In this document: in pieces, positions 50,901 through 63,918 of the stretch
How the letters are laid out: each line of letters opens with the position of its first letter
Numbering within the stretch: position 1 is the stretch's first letter
Source: Bugula neritina
Lineage: Eukaryota; Animalia; Bryozoa
DNA length: 64,000 bases
Assembly: GCA_964035545.1 (NCBI GenBank)
Contig: OZ037772.1
Location: forward strand, 10,600,818 to 10,664,817
Reading direction: 5' to 3'
Made by a program: the position numbers and the translations under genes
The notes under the pieces: generated by a model
What the model was told of the DNA's origin: nothing
What the model saw: the letters and a program-made list of their open reading frames with translations, nothing else
The model's database searches: none

Positions 50901-53900
50901 CTGTATATGCAACGAGTGCAACTCCAAATAAAACTATGATTGTGTAGATCTTCCTGTAAAAGATAAATTTATATAGTGGGGTGGTGGTTGTCTAACAAAA
51001 AACTCATAACCCCTACCGGGGGGGGGGGGGGGGGGGAGGGGGGGGGATCAAACCACAGACCTCTAACTTGCAAGACTTAGACTACAGGAACTACTAGAGA
51101 ATTTCAACCTCACACTTAAATCTATATAAAAAAACTCCAGCAAGTTTCCAGTCACTATAATCACTGTGAGAAACATTTGGTGGAAAGAGCTTTATTGGTT
51201 AAACCGGGCTAAGAACTTATTCAGATGTGACACAGAAGCAATTATGGCTGGTTGCTCTTCCTAACATCACCAATAGCCTTTGTCGGGTTCAAACCCATGA
51301 ATTTGTGTTTACTAGGCCAACGCTCTAACCCCTAGCTCATGGCTGCTCACAATTAAATCTATAATATATATAGTAATTGAATTTTTGTCTACAATAGTAA
51401 AGATATATAATTTGCTAATAATTATTCATAATGTGAAACATATATAAACAAAATATTTAAGCTATTTATAATTCTCAAGTATGTCAATTTGCATGTAGCA
51501 TCATGTTTTAAATATTGATTACTATACAATGACAAAATCAATAGAGATACATCAGCAACCTTTCATCTCAATAACGTTTGCTTATAGTTTCGATATTTGG
51601 GATGATAATAATAGGTTTGTGTAGAGCTATGAGGCTAGCTGGATCCTAGGGCTAATTAAAAGCTTCAAGATACTGTGTTATGTCCCCCCTTAACGCCAAC
51701 AAATTTTAGACCATCAGCCTAAGGCAAACTGCCAGACAAACTTTTCAATAAGTTTTTGTTAAATCTTACTCAACGCTTCTCAGCCAATCAAGCCAACAAA
51801 CTAGTTTTATAGTTCTAAGGTTTAAAAATCAAATAACTAAAGTAGAGGCATGGGATATTTCAAAGAAACGTTTCACATAATAAGAAGCTTAATTATGTTG
51901 AGTTATACAGCAGCTTTTAATGTACAAGTTCACTGTTCTACTGGTACAATATAACGTGTACATTCTATCTTTTGCTGGTATAGCTGATTATATAGGAAAG
52001 TAGGAGGTTTACCGATGCAATCAACTATACAAGAAAACATGCGTAATGGAGGGTGGAATTTCTACTTAAAAATGGGATAAATCAGACTAGTATACAGGGC
52101 ATTAGCTTGCAGTTCCCTGAGCTAACAGAATAGAAGCAGTAATTGCATTTGGTGAATAAATGCAGCTAGTTTAAAACAACTATAATCAAATGTTATATAT
52201 TGAATCATGGTTATTATAACTGCATATTACATTATATTATTGTTTCATGTTATACACATTATATGTGTGCGCCTGTGCTTGCAGGGGAGTTCAACTATAC
52301 GACCCTCACCAAAATAAACAACAGCACTAAAAATCTGGCTTCTATGAATTGATATATTCTAAAAATAGTTATAATTATCAGTACACTGAGATGCTACAAT
52401 TGTGTCACTGTAATGTTACATGAATAAACTAGTAGGTGCACGCAGTCTACTTTCATTCAATGTATGAATTAGCATCGTATCATGTATCAGAAATGAAAGG
52501 CAGAGAAATCACGTGACATTTTATTGATTGTTACTTGGAATGAAATCTGCTCCTCTGGTAATAGGCATCAAATGCCTTTCTGGGAAAGTTATGTGTGTAT
52601 TATATACACAGGTCTAAATATAGCTTTGTGGCTATGAACTGCTACTAGTTACTGGGATGACTTATTTTATTTCTACAGCACTTCTCCTCTTCCTGTAGAC
52701 TGTGGAACTTAAAGCTAGTTTGAGTTGACCACTATAACATTCTAGGACAAGCAATAACTTCTTTAGTGAAATGTGGTGTAGTGTAACAGCTATAGCTTCA
52801 AGTAATGATTGAAATATATGGGAGAATGTGAAATAAAACAGTTTATAGTTATGGATTATTTCAATGAGCTGCATTATAAATTTGGTTAACTTTTGTGTAG
52901 ATTTTCTTAGATATATTCACTAGCTGTATAGGTACTACACTGTACTGCACTATACTATACTATACTACACTATACTATACTGTACTATATACTATACTAT
53001 GCTATACTATACTATACTATGCTATACTATACTATACTACACTATACTATACTATGCTATACTATACTATACTACACTATACTATACTATACTATACTAC
53101 ACTACACTACACCACACCACACCACACCACACCACACCACACCACAATACACTACACTACACTACACTACACTACACTACACTGCACTGCACTGCACTGC
53201 ACTGCACTACACTACACTACACTACACTACACTACACTACACTACAATACACTACACTACACTACACTACACTACACTGCACTATACTGCACTACACTAT
53301 ACTACACTATACTATACTATACCACACTGCACTATATTATACTATTCTATACTCTATAGTATACTATACTATACTACACTATACTATACTATATCACACT
53401 ATACTATATTATACTATTCTATACTATACTACACTACACTAGTTTAACACACTATACACCACTTCAGCACTAATTTCCTGTACAGTCATTGGCTCAAAGA
53501 CTAATATTAAAAACAGAGTGCTGTAACTGCATTCCAATACTGAAAAGGTGATTATCTCATTTAGCATTGTCAGCAGAAGTCCTATCAGATTACTCAGAGA
53601 CGAACAGTTTGATATGCTATTATCTACAGAATGAGAGCAAATGAAATCTGCAACAGCTGATGCTGTCAGTGCTTTCTCACTAGAGAAAATGAGTCAAAAG
53701 TAATTGCCTACATACCCAACAACAATACCTTACCTATACAGTTACAGAGATGATATGATATCATAATGATAACAACGAATAGCATGAAAATACACCCTTG
53801 TTGCTCCTCATGGAAACTAGTGGTGGAAGGGATTTATTTTCTTATCATATGGCATCAGCTCACTTGTTATCTGATCTACCTCAATGTTAAGGTGAAAAAC

Positions 53901-54660
53901 TGAAAGTTTCCCTTTTTAAGTTTGAATATTCCCCAGTTAGCTAAATCAGTGCCATAACTGTGCGGTTTAGCACTCAATTACACCCTTAGTTATTTACAGT
54001 TACACATACATAGTTATTTAGAGTTACATATACATGCATACTTACAGTGACACATGCATACATACCTACGTACTGTTACACATACATATATACATACTTA
54101 CAGTTACACATACATACTTACAGTTACACATACATACATACTTACAGTTACACATACATACATACTTACAGTTACACATACATACATACTTACAGTTACA
54201 CATATATACTTACAGTTACACATTCATACATACTTACAGTTACACATGTATACATACTTACAGTTACACATACATATATACTTACAGTTACACATACATA
54301 CATACTTACACATACATACTTACAGTTACACATTCATACTTACAGTTACACATACGTACTTACAGTTACACATACATACTTACAGTTCTGCATTTAAACA
54401 TTTGCCTGAACGGAGGAATAATCGCATGTCTTACTTTTAAGTGAGTTTTGAAATGAAATAATAGAGAAACCAGTTCAAGGCATTGTTGAGAGCTGTGTAA
54501 ACACTAGATAATCACTATAATCATGATATAGATAATATCGTATGCCATGAAACTACTCTGTATAATTTTGTGAATTGTAAATATGCGTTATTCTATGACA
54601 AAGAGTAGTTATACCCCAAAGTAACTGATCAAGTACCTACCTTTTCTGCAATGAAGCCAT
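41965..54660 (-). CDS. Type-II membrane WSC-domain carbohydrate sulfotransferase-like protein (CHST1-7/GlcNAc6ST-type catalytic domain), 13 exons, 684 aa
   Basis: Exons: 54641-54660, 50853-50953, 47400-47749, 46868-47003, 46579-46734, 45988-46151, 45459-45581, 45204-45377, 44524-44671, 43852-44024, 42976-43172, 42421-42549, 41965-42148 (2055 nt, open frame). Signal anchor KIYTIIVLFGVALVAYTAIY. WSC cysteine pattern CRVVC..YLYATLMRGECIC..C...C......C. 5'-PSB VLILARYRSGSS..F..NPNSFSWFEP; IKLIRV; HIVHLVRDP; FYEELAIDP. The first exon was chosen by phase. Confidence 0.85.
42621..42938. mobile_element. Possible decayed hAT-type MITE
   Basis: Left end CAGGGGGTGTCCAACC and GGGCCGCA subterminal motifs. 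The right end and TSD are poorly preserved. Confidence 0.4.
47781..50220. mobile_element. Non-autonomous ISL2EU-like foldback element with about 597-bp inverted arms
   Basis: 47781-48377 is the reverse complement of 49623-50220 and near-identical. Termini AGAGG...CCTCT are flanked by an AT duplication (47779-47780 and 50221-50222) in an AATT context. The 1.25-kb spacer has no recognisable ORF. It lies in intron 2 of the minus-strand sulfotransferase gene. Confidence 0.82.
49268..49412. mobile_element. MITE family B copy, nested in the spacer of the 47781-50220 foldback
   Basis: Same TIRs and internal sequence as the other family B copies. Confidence 0.7.
50632..50767. mobile_element. MITE family B copy, degenerate
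   Basis: GGCGCAGTA...CTGCTGCGCC. Weaker copies occur at about 3100-3217 and 3381-3505. Confidence 0.6.
51127..51347 (-). mobile_element. tRNA-derived SINE copy (family A) with a 16-bp TSD
   Basis: TSD CACACTTAAATCTATA (51111-51126) versus CACAATTAAATCTATA (51348-51363). Confidence 0.85.
52932..53460. repeat. Compound pentanucleotide microsatellite (ACTAT/ACACT/ACACC/ACTGC)n
   Basis: Direct inspection. Confidence 0.95.
53990..54386. repeat. 20/24-bp minisatellite (TACTTACAGTTACACATACA[TACA])
   Basis: Direct inspection. Confidence 0.95.
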
Positions 54661-54971
54661 GATAATAATGATGTAGTCACACCTATGTTAACAGCTACAC
54701 TATAAGTATAAGTATAACCTGTCGCAGGTATGCTATTGATGTTTACCTCGCACCCACTGCACCGTCTATTGCATTACTAACAACTATTACTTGCTGGTAC
54801 CTATTCATGTCACAATGAAAGCTGTAGTCAGTCGAACAATAGCAAGGAAACTTGAAACTCTAAAAGAGTATAAAGCTGCTATTGTAAATAGACGGACACA
54901 CAGACAGCTTTTATGCTGCGTGTTAATTATCATTGTAAATGTCAGTGAAAGTGATATTTAGTGAAGAAATA

Positions 54972-55173
54972 AGGAAGCAGCCGTGGTCTAGGGGTCAGAG
55001 TTTTGGATTAGTAAACACAAAGTCATTGGTTCAATCTCCAGCAAAGGCCATTGGTGATGTTTTTAAGAGCATCCAGTCATAATTGCTCATCTGAATAAGT
55101 CCTCGGCCTGATTTAAAGAACCCTCTTCATCAGGGTTCTCTCAGAGATAGTGATTAGAAACTTTCGTGAGTTT
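54972..55173 (+). mobile_element. tRNA-derived SINE copy (family A) with a 17-bp TSD, between the divergent sulfotransferase genes
   Basis: TSD TATTTAGTGAAGAAATA (54955-54971) versus TATTTAGTAAAGAAATA (55174-55190). Confidence 0.85.
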
Positions 55174-56934
55174 TATTTAGTAAAGAAATATAAAATAAAC
55201 GCAGGCTGGAAGCACATTATAAGAGAGCATAGAGGTAGATTTCTTATGCTGATTCACTGATTTACGTGTGCAGATTTAATATGTTAATTGCTCTGTAACA
55301 CTTTATAATTAAAGCATTCTTGTTTAGCATAAGAAAAAAATCGGTGTTAATATTAAATATCGAATTAGTTTGAAAATCATTTTTAGTGTTTTAGAATTTG
55401 TTTTAGTTGCCAAAAAAGCAAAGAAAAATTGTTAATTGGAATGTTTGTATAACTGTATAACTGTAATATTTACATTATCCCCCCATCATTTGGTTTAATT
55501 TGAAAAGACAACTCCTTTTCAAAAATTATTTTTCCTTTCTGACTTCTGAAAAGCTAAGAATAAATTACCTAGACTAGTTGCATTGCCTGCATTTTTATTA
55601 TTGTTACTTTAGCTAAGATAAAATTGTGCAGTGTGTAGGCATAGAAAGCATCAATGGGGTATTTTCATGTAACTTAGTAACAGCTAGTAAAAAAGCAATT
55701 TAACTAGGTGTTTGTTTTGTTTTATTAATTAGTCATAAGTGAAAAGAACGAATACATTTTACAGAAAAATAATAATATTAATGACAGCATTTTGGATATT
55801 AATGAGGCTAAAATGTCATATGAATGACTGAAAGCAGATAGAAAATATTATTAAACTCATTCAACTTAAATAGTTTTAATTTCAACTTCTTAGATTTGCC
55901 ATTGAATAGCTTCTTAGTTGACCTTTGAACCAAGCCTTCCCTTCTAAACTTTATTAATACCCTATTATACTATAGCTACCCCATAACTGCACAATGTGTA
56001 GGCATATAGATAGTACTATCAGTTTTATGTCTAGTATAATAATAATTAAACAATTTAGCTTGTTGTTAACAGCCAAATTGTTTTAGTCAAACAGCTAGTT
56101 GCTAAATTTCGACACAAAACAGCAATAGCAACGCAAAATTCTTGTTGATTTTAAAATAATAGTATTTTTCAGTACTTATTTAACCCATAAGTTGAAAGTT
56201 TACTAATGCAACTTTAATATTAATGCTTGAATCTACCGTTTTTTTGCTTACAAAATTTTGACAAATGGTTTTGAAACTTTTTGTAAGGTGATAAACAGTC
56301 ATGGTTAATAATATATATTTGAATAAAATATCTCCTATTTATAACAACAAAAATTTTAATCATTTCTGTATTTTTTTGATGCAAATAAACTTTGCTTGTA
56401 GAAAGTCAGTGTTTTGTCTGATAAAATATATAGGGCTACATGTACTAGTGCTCAGCTACAATTTTTAGTGTTTAAGTGTTTTAGCAAACTTATCAGTACA
56501 GTGTTAATACTTATGAAGTTGATAATATTAGTACTGACACTGATAGTGATAAATAATATCGATATAATATAATATAATTAAAATTATGATAATATCAATA
56601 TAATTGCATTACTGTATATTTCAGTTTTAGCACTAGTAGAGCTAAATATTGTGCATATACAGTACTCTTTGTAGTAATATCTGCTCCTCACAAAAGCACT
56701 TACTATTCAATTGTTTGACAACATAACACTCAATGAATGCCCTATAGTTACTGGACAATCACACTATCATAAACTAAAAGCAATTGGCAACTGCACTAGC
56801 CAGTTTGCATTATGACTAAAGACAACTAACTACAATTAGACTAAAGAATCATTGTTTAAGCAATTGAATGACCACTGGTAATTAAATATTGCTTTGTACA
56901 TGTTTTTGAAATTTTCAAGTACTTTTTTCATGAT

Positions 56935-58551
56935 ATGGGGCTCAAGTTTTCCAGTTTTAGGTAAGTTATTCCAAGCTCATATTATATTATGTGCTTATAA
57001 CTTTACCTGTGAGATTTGCCTATAACGCTTTGATGAAATCATTAATGCTGTTTGCTAGCTATAATATGCTGTTCAACATTTTCCAAAAATTTTGAAAGCT
57101 AGAACGTGCGTCAACTTTAGCTCTTTGCACACCTGCTATAATTTTATTTTGTCAGTTTAAAAAGGTCAAATAAGTTAAAAGTTAAAAACAAGAAATTTAT
57201 ACTATTTGTGAAACTTTTATATTAAATAAAAGCCATATATATACGTAAAAAACAGTATTTATTATCAACAATTAATAGTTCATTGTATTACAATTCATTA
57301 ACTTTATAATAGATCAATTATTATTATAATATTATATTGATTATATATCATAACTATTAAATATTATATAATTACATTAACTTATTGCTATTATTAACTA
57401 AAATTATAATTAACTTGACAACTAGTTATTATTTTCTGCAGAAATAGTTATAGTTATAAACTTCAGTTTTCTTCGTGATGTTAATCCGAAATGAAAAGGG
57501 TCTATTATAATAACATGGTGAAATACTGTTATAAAAGCATGGAATTTATTGGGTTATTGAAAATTAACAAATAACACCATGTTTTGAATATTTTGCAATC
57601 CAAGACAGATTCAACAGTTTTTAAAAATTGAATGTGTGTGTGTGTGTGTGTGTTGCAGGTATGCATGTAAATATTGTATATATTATTGTAAAACTTATAT
57701 TTTTTACTTCTTCAATGCATAGGGATATGCAAGTGTGTATATAATATATATGCATGTATTAGCTTAGTATTGAGAGTGATGCTCTGAAATCAATATAATG
57801 ACAATTATATTTGGGACAACTGACTGCAACAGCTTGGTGATAGAAGGAATACAACTAGGGAGCTTGTCCTTTTCAATGTTGGGTTGTCCGAAATAAGCTA
57901 TTCTCTATAATTGTTCAGCACAATATGATGGGTCGAGCCCAAATTATAAAGGCCATTGCAGATGTCTGGAAGAGCATCCAGTCATAATTGCTCCTGTACC
58001 ACATTTGAATATGTCTTTAGCTTGAGTTATATAAAAAATCATTCTATTAAAGCCTTCTTACGTACAGGGCCTATAAAATTAGATATTTTCTTACAAATGC
58101 CCAGCTATTTTATAATCTGACCCACTCTAGCTAATATATTTAGTATCTAAACTACCGTCTGCTTCGTAAACTCTTCAAACTATTGGATTATGTATAACGG
58201 ATGTAAAGAGAAAGAAAGGATATTATTTTCTTTCAGCAAATACGGCTTGTTTACTCAATTAAAGTTAAATACTTAGCAGGCAACGCTGTCTAGCTGCTTA
58301 AATAAAAAGAAACTGTAAGCAGCACCTATTCAGTTGGCAGCAGTTTTTTGCACAGCTATAGTAAAAGTAGCAGATATTTACAATTTTGGGCATGTATAAT
58401 TCAATCCATGTAGAATTTAAAAATTAGTCCGAATGAGACGAAGCTTTAGCACTACTCATTGATATATTTAATTTTTGTTTTATATTTTATGTTATATATT
58501 TTATATGGTATATGATATATGATATATGATATATTATATATATATATATAT

Positions 58552-58649
<98 letters not shown>

Positions 58650-61600
58650 GGTTATGATAAACTCTTTGCATGTTTCAGGCCTCTAAAAAGCTTTAAAACG
58701 TTAGGAGTTGTCCTAGCATGCGTGTCAATTATTGCATGTCTATACACCTTTCAGTTGAAGATCAACTTAGAAATTGTAAAGTTTAAAAATGGTAAGCAAT
58801 ATGGTATTGGTGGACATAGCGTATGCTTGCTTTTCCCTTTATATTATAAGCATGTTATTATATCTGGTATTAACATTGAATGCTTTTCACCAGGCATTGT
58901 ATAGTATAATATAATGCACTTGTATACACACAAACCATGTAAAAGCAGTTATTTATATAGTTTTATTTTAAAAAACTATCGAAAATTAAAAGCAAATAAA
59001 TAACTCTACAAAGTAAAGGTCAGCCAGCTGAGTACATGAGTAATTGAATTTGCTAAACTAGTAATTGAATTCTTTGCAAACATTGAAACAAATTGCCTTT
59101 GTAGCAATCCATGATTAATTAAATTTGTATATAATTATTTATAACTAAATTGAGACTGTGCTGTTTTTATAGAAATGTATACAGTCAAGATTCTTTTACA
59201 TCTGACTGAGTCTTTAGCCTCCTTTAAAACAGGCCCTTCCATCAGGGGTGTATTCACAAGATAGTGACTATCAACTTAGTGAGCCTTTTTAACGCAGACT
59301 TTCTTTTGTTTGTTGTAATCAGTCGTTTTTTCCCATCGTTTGTAGTGCCATTGCTTACCAGTAATAATCAAACCTATATACAGCTTAGTCGAGTAACAAC
59401 TCCAACTTTAGCAAATATTCCTTCCAAAGAAGTAAATCAAAAGGTAAAGGATTTCTAGCCTGATAGCTATATAGTCTTAAAACTGCATATACACTTACAT
59501 AAAAAACTTTACACATGTAACGGTTGCTAGAATAATTTTTAGGGAGCTAATAGGTTTTGTGATAAAAAAAGTAAATTGTTTGCTATAACTTTTAGAAAAA
59601 CAGCAAGCTAAATATATAACTAAACTATGATATATCTCGTGGTATCTTGTACTATAACCAAGTACATGTCATTTAGAGAGAGGAAGTTTTGAAGAAAGAC
59701 AAAGACCTAACTTTGCTAACCTCTTGCGAAAAATATGAAAAACTGGCTTTATTTGAAAATCAGACCTCATTGAGCTCTACTAATCTTACAACCGAGCAGT
59801 GTAGAAGTCAATGTGCCATCAGAGACACTGTCTATGCCACACTTAGGGTAAACAAGCTTAAAACTCCTTCTAGGTTATACAATTCCAGATTATGAAATGT
59901 TTTTATATATACAGACATAAACAAAGTAGATATTATAACTTTTAGGTAACTTTTTAGTTATCTTTACAAAGTTTGTTAAACTTATTTACAAGTGACGTCA
60001 ACATGAACTCAACTAGTTTATATATATTTTTTGTAAAATTTATTTCTGTGTTTCTTCTGTTATTTTAATTTTAGCAAAATTACGTTGCAATCATGGAAAA
60101 ATAGATTTCTATCAAAAAAGATGCACAAAACTAAAGGCCTGGCCACACACTTGTGAGAATCACACGAAATTGCTATTTGACACGAAAAAACAATCATACG
60201 TGAAAAAGTTTAAGGGAATTCAAACGACATCGACTTTGTTGGGTGTACACAACGATGACAATGGACGAAAATCACAATCAACGATAAGCACCATTCAATT
60301 GGTCAATAGAATTTTAGCAACAATAAATATTTCATTTCTACCACGTCTCTCTTTGGCAATTTTCTGCTGTTTGTATCTCGTGCAAGACTCATTCACGGAC
60401 TATTCATGAGAATAACTCACAAAAATTCTCACGAGCGTGAGGCCAGGCCTTATAAGTATTAAATTGCCAGTTATGAAATGAACTATGATAGGATAATAAA
60501 AAATTCAGCCTATAGAATACAAATAACTAAACTATCTACAATAATTGTGATGTCAAAGAGATAGTTAACCGATTATAAAATATTACTACGTTTCAGATAA
60601 ACACTGTATAATGTCTACTTTCTTTTTGCTTTAACTTTTGTATTGTTTATTCAGAAAGGAGAGTGCTTCTGTTTCAATGAAAACATTCCCATGAAAATAG
60701 TGGACATGGAGAAATGCAATGTCACATGCCATGGACAAGGTCAAGGCTGTGATCCAGTCAATTTACCACATGCTGTCACTATGAGGACAGGTTTGCAAAT
60801 CTCTTTGTGTTTGAACAATGATAATTTGAGTTCGCCGAGCAATGCGTTGTGGCATATTTATAGCGAAAGACACCATGTGCAGATGCTTAGAATAAAAAAT
60901 ACCTATAAATAACTTATACATATAGATACTTCAAATGTTTATTTCCTGCCATACTGGCCTGGCCTGAGAATCACATGAAATCGTCTGTTTGACACGAAAA
61001 CACAAACATACGATCAAATTTGAGAGAATTCAAACGAAACCGTCTTTGTTGGGTGCACCCAACAAAGACGATGAACGAAAAATTGCAATTAACGATAAGC
61101 ACCATTTGTTTGGTCAAAGGAATTTTAGCAACAGTAATTATTTCATTTCTACCAAGTTTCTCTGTTTGGCAATTTTCTGCTGTTTGTACCTTGAGCAAGA
61201 CTCATTTACGAACTATTTATTATGTGTTTTGTCCGACGAGTGTGTGGCTGGTCATAACAAGAGGATAACTCACGAAAATCGTCACACAAGTTTCGTGTGA
61301 TTCTCACGAGCGTGAGGCCAGCTGCCTTAAGATGTGTATTTCTGTCATACTTGGTTGTGTATTTCTGTCATACTTGGTTGTGTATTTCTGCCATACTTGG
61401 TTGTGTATTTTCCACCATATATGGGTGTGTGTTTCCAGCTATACTTGGAAGTGTGTTTTTCATCGCGCTTTAAAGGTTTAAACTAGTAATTGTGAAGTTT
61501 CTGAGTCATACTATGTGTGCACAGGATTAAAAGATGGCAACAGAGACTGGACTCCTTGGATGTTTGTACATGATTTGAATGTTAAGGTCAGATATAGAAA

Positions 61601-63918
61601 CTGTGATAGAAGTAAGAGTACAAAATGGAAATGTCAACCAAAGTTTCAAAAACTGGCTGTAGCTGAGAAGACACCATTGGATCCAGGTGGGCTGTCAGAG
61701 AATACTTGAGCTGTCTATAGGTTTTTTTAATAAACTGAAATGAAATATGCTTAGATTTTCTAGGGAGCAGCTGTGGTCTTATAGGGTTTATAGAGTGTTG
61801 GCTTAGTAAACTTATTAAAGTTATGGATTCACACCCCAGCAAACATCTGCAACAACCGTGGTCTAGAGGTTAGAGCGTTTCCTAGTGAACACGAGGTCAT
61901 GGGTTCAGCCCTGACAAAGGCCGTTGGTGATGTTAGGAAGAGCATCCAGTCATAATTGCTCCTGTGACACATATGAATAAATTTTTGTCCCAGTTTAAAA
62001 AAACTTTCCCATCAGGGGCTCTTACAAGAATAGTGACTATAAACTTTCGTAAGTTTTTACACGCTGAAACTTTCTGAAAATAATTGTGTGCAGTGCTGAA
62101 GTGATAGTTAAAATTCAAAAACACAATTTAACAAAGAAGTTCCTAAATTGTCAGTATTTCAGCAATTCCAGACTTTGTCATTTGGCACTTTACAAGCTCA
62201 CTTTACCTTCTATAACATAGAAACAAGAAAAAATGTTAATATTGATACAAATACTAACATTTTTCTGATTAAACACTAGTTTAGTATTATAACTTCAGCC
62301 CTTTATGCCATACATTTGCAATGTTTTATGTATATATATAATTCCTGCTAAGTTTTTTGTATTCACAATAATATATGACATGAGCATCATAATCGCTAGG
62401 TGGGTGAGTTTGAAATCAGATTTAATTGGATGGTAACCAACTCTGTCTTTTTAGAATCCAAGTATTTGATTGGCTGTTTCACAGAAAAGACCATTATGCA
62501 AGAGAATGGGTTTCCATTCATGAAAATTTCAGGAAAAAATTTGGGCGATGCTTCCGCGAGCTGTAGGGGTTTCTGCAAAAGAAATCAAAGCAAGTATTCC
62601 ATTCTCAAAAAAACTTCCAAGAACATGGTGAGCAGACAACTTCAACTTTTAATTACTCAGTTTTATTCATATGAGATTCAACTTTCTGATTATAGTTGCG
62701 AACACTCTGATTAAGTGTTTGCATGAATTTATTCACTATAATACCATTGAAAAAATAATCACAAGTGTAACTAATAGTGTGACATCTTTTTAAACTACAA
62801 ACTATACAACCTGTAAGCAATAATTGGGTGGATAAGTTATAAGAAAGAGTCAAAACCAAAAATGAAATGCGTTTTGTGCAGTTTCTAGCTAATGATTTAA
62901 AAGGACAAAGCCTATATTTGCAAATGTTTCAGCACCCTGTGATGTGCATGTAATGCATATTTTGGACATTTAAATTGTTATGTATATAAATTTATATTAG
63001 CTACAATTTTATATTGAGTTGGTTGAAACAATTTATTTAATTAGTTATTCTTTTAATATTTTACAACCATTGTAAGATCATTCATACTACTTTATAACCA
63101 AGCATACTTCAATGAACATTTTAAATAAGTTTTCTTTAATTTTACTATCACAGCAGAGTTAGGGTAAGACAATTTCTTATTTGTTAAAGCTAGCTATACC
63201 TTGACTCCAACAGTCCCACTGACTTTACTACATACTTTCTTAATTGAAGTTCTTTTGATTATTCTGTTAAATTTGAAAAATTATAACCAGCACTTGTTTG
63301 AAAGTTTCTACATGTTTATTTGTTACAATAAACTTGGAATTAAAACTACAACAAAATACAATAAAATGTTATAGTTTGAAACTCATTCACTAAATTATCA
63401 ATCTGAATATTATAATGTTTTACAGCTCACCTGCCACTGTAGAAACAGCTTAGCTCTCTCTAGACCATCCAATAGCTGTCCAAATAATGGATTAATCATT
63501 CTATTTGCACAGGGAAAACCTATAATGCTAGAGGTATGTTATTAAAGTAAACTTCAATTGTTATTTGGAAAATGTATAAAGGTCAAATAAAACAACTTAA
63601 ACCATCGTTCAGTTTATGTTATTCTATAGTTATAATTGTGTGCAAATTGCACATGTATATGTGTTTAAATAAAGTATTATACTTTATGTAATTTGCTTTT
63701 TTTATAATGTGCTTTAAGCAAAATTGAAAACTGGAAAGTTATTTTTTCAGTTTGAAGGGGAAGTTAGAAAAACAGGCAAGGTTCTTGTCTTAGGAAGGTA
63801 CAGATCTGGATCTTCCACCACTCAGTCTCTCTTTGTTAAGAATCCCAACTCATTCACCCTGTTTGAACCTGGAAAGATGAAAACTTCGGATTTGGAAAGT
63901 GATTTAGCTTTAGTAAAG
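56935..63918 (+). CDS. Paralogous WSC-domain CHST-type sulfotransferase-like protein; 3' part runs beyond the window
   Basis: Exons: 56935-56960, 58679-58791, 59346-59443, 59677-59847, 60655-60790, 61525-61686, 62455-62627, 63426-63533, 63751-63918. TM segment LGVVLACVSIIACLYTF; CRSQCAIRDTVYATLRKGECFC; YLIGCFTE; VLVLGRYRSGSSTTQSLFVKNPNSFTLFEP. Intron positions and phases match the minus-strand paralogue across the conserved domains. Confidence 0.85.
57925..58080 (+). mobile_element. 5'-truncated SINE copy (family A)
   Basis: Core GAAGAGCATCCAGTCATAATTGCTCCTGT is present. Confidence 0.6.
58505..58645. repeat. (TA)n microsatellite
   Basis: Direct inspection; about 35 bp upstream of the acceptor at 58678. 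Confidence 0.95.
60135..60450. mobile_element. Non-autonomous DNA transposon (family C), copy 1
   Basis: TIRs AGGCCTGGCCACACACTTGTGAGAAT / ATTCTCACGAGCGTGAGGCCAGGCCT. Confidence 0.75.
60955..61328. mobile_element. Non-autonomous DNA transposon (family C), copy 2, left TIR damaged
   Basis: Colinear similarity to 60135-60450; right end TTCTCACGAGCGTGAGGCCAG. Confidence 0.7.
61332..61458. repeat. About 23-bp tandem repeat (GTGTATTTCTGTCATACTTGGTT), about 5 copies, decaying
   Basis: Direct inspection. Confidence 0.8.
61762..62058 (+). mobile_element. SINE family A: an isolated tRNA head followed by a full copy
   Basis: Head at 61762-61842, then a second head, core and tail at about 61850-62058. 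Confidence 0.75.

Noticed and set aside
52999-54444. Tyr/Thr/His-rich ORFs
   Set aside because: Translations of microsatellite and minisatellite DNA.
59173-59263. Candidate extra exon in the plus-strand sulfotransferase gene
   Set aside because: It runs into an in-frame TAG and overlaps a SINE tail fragment; 58791 splices in phase to 59346.
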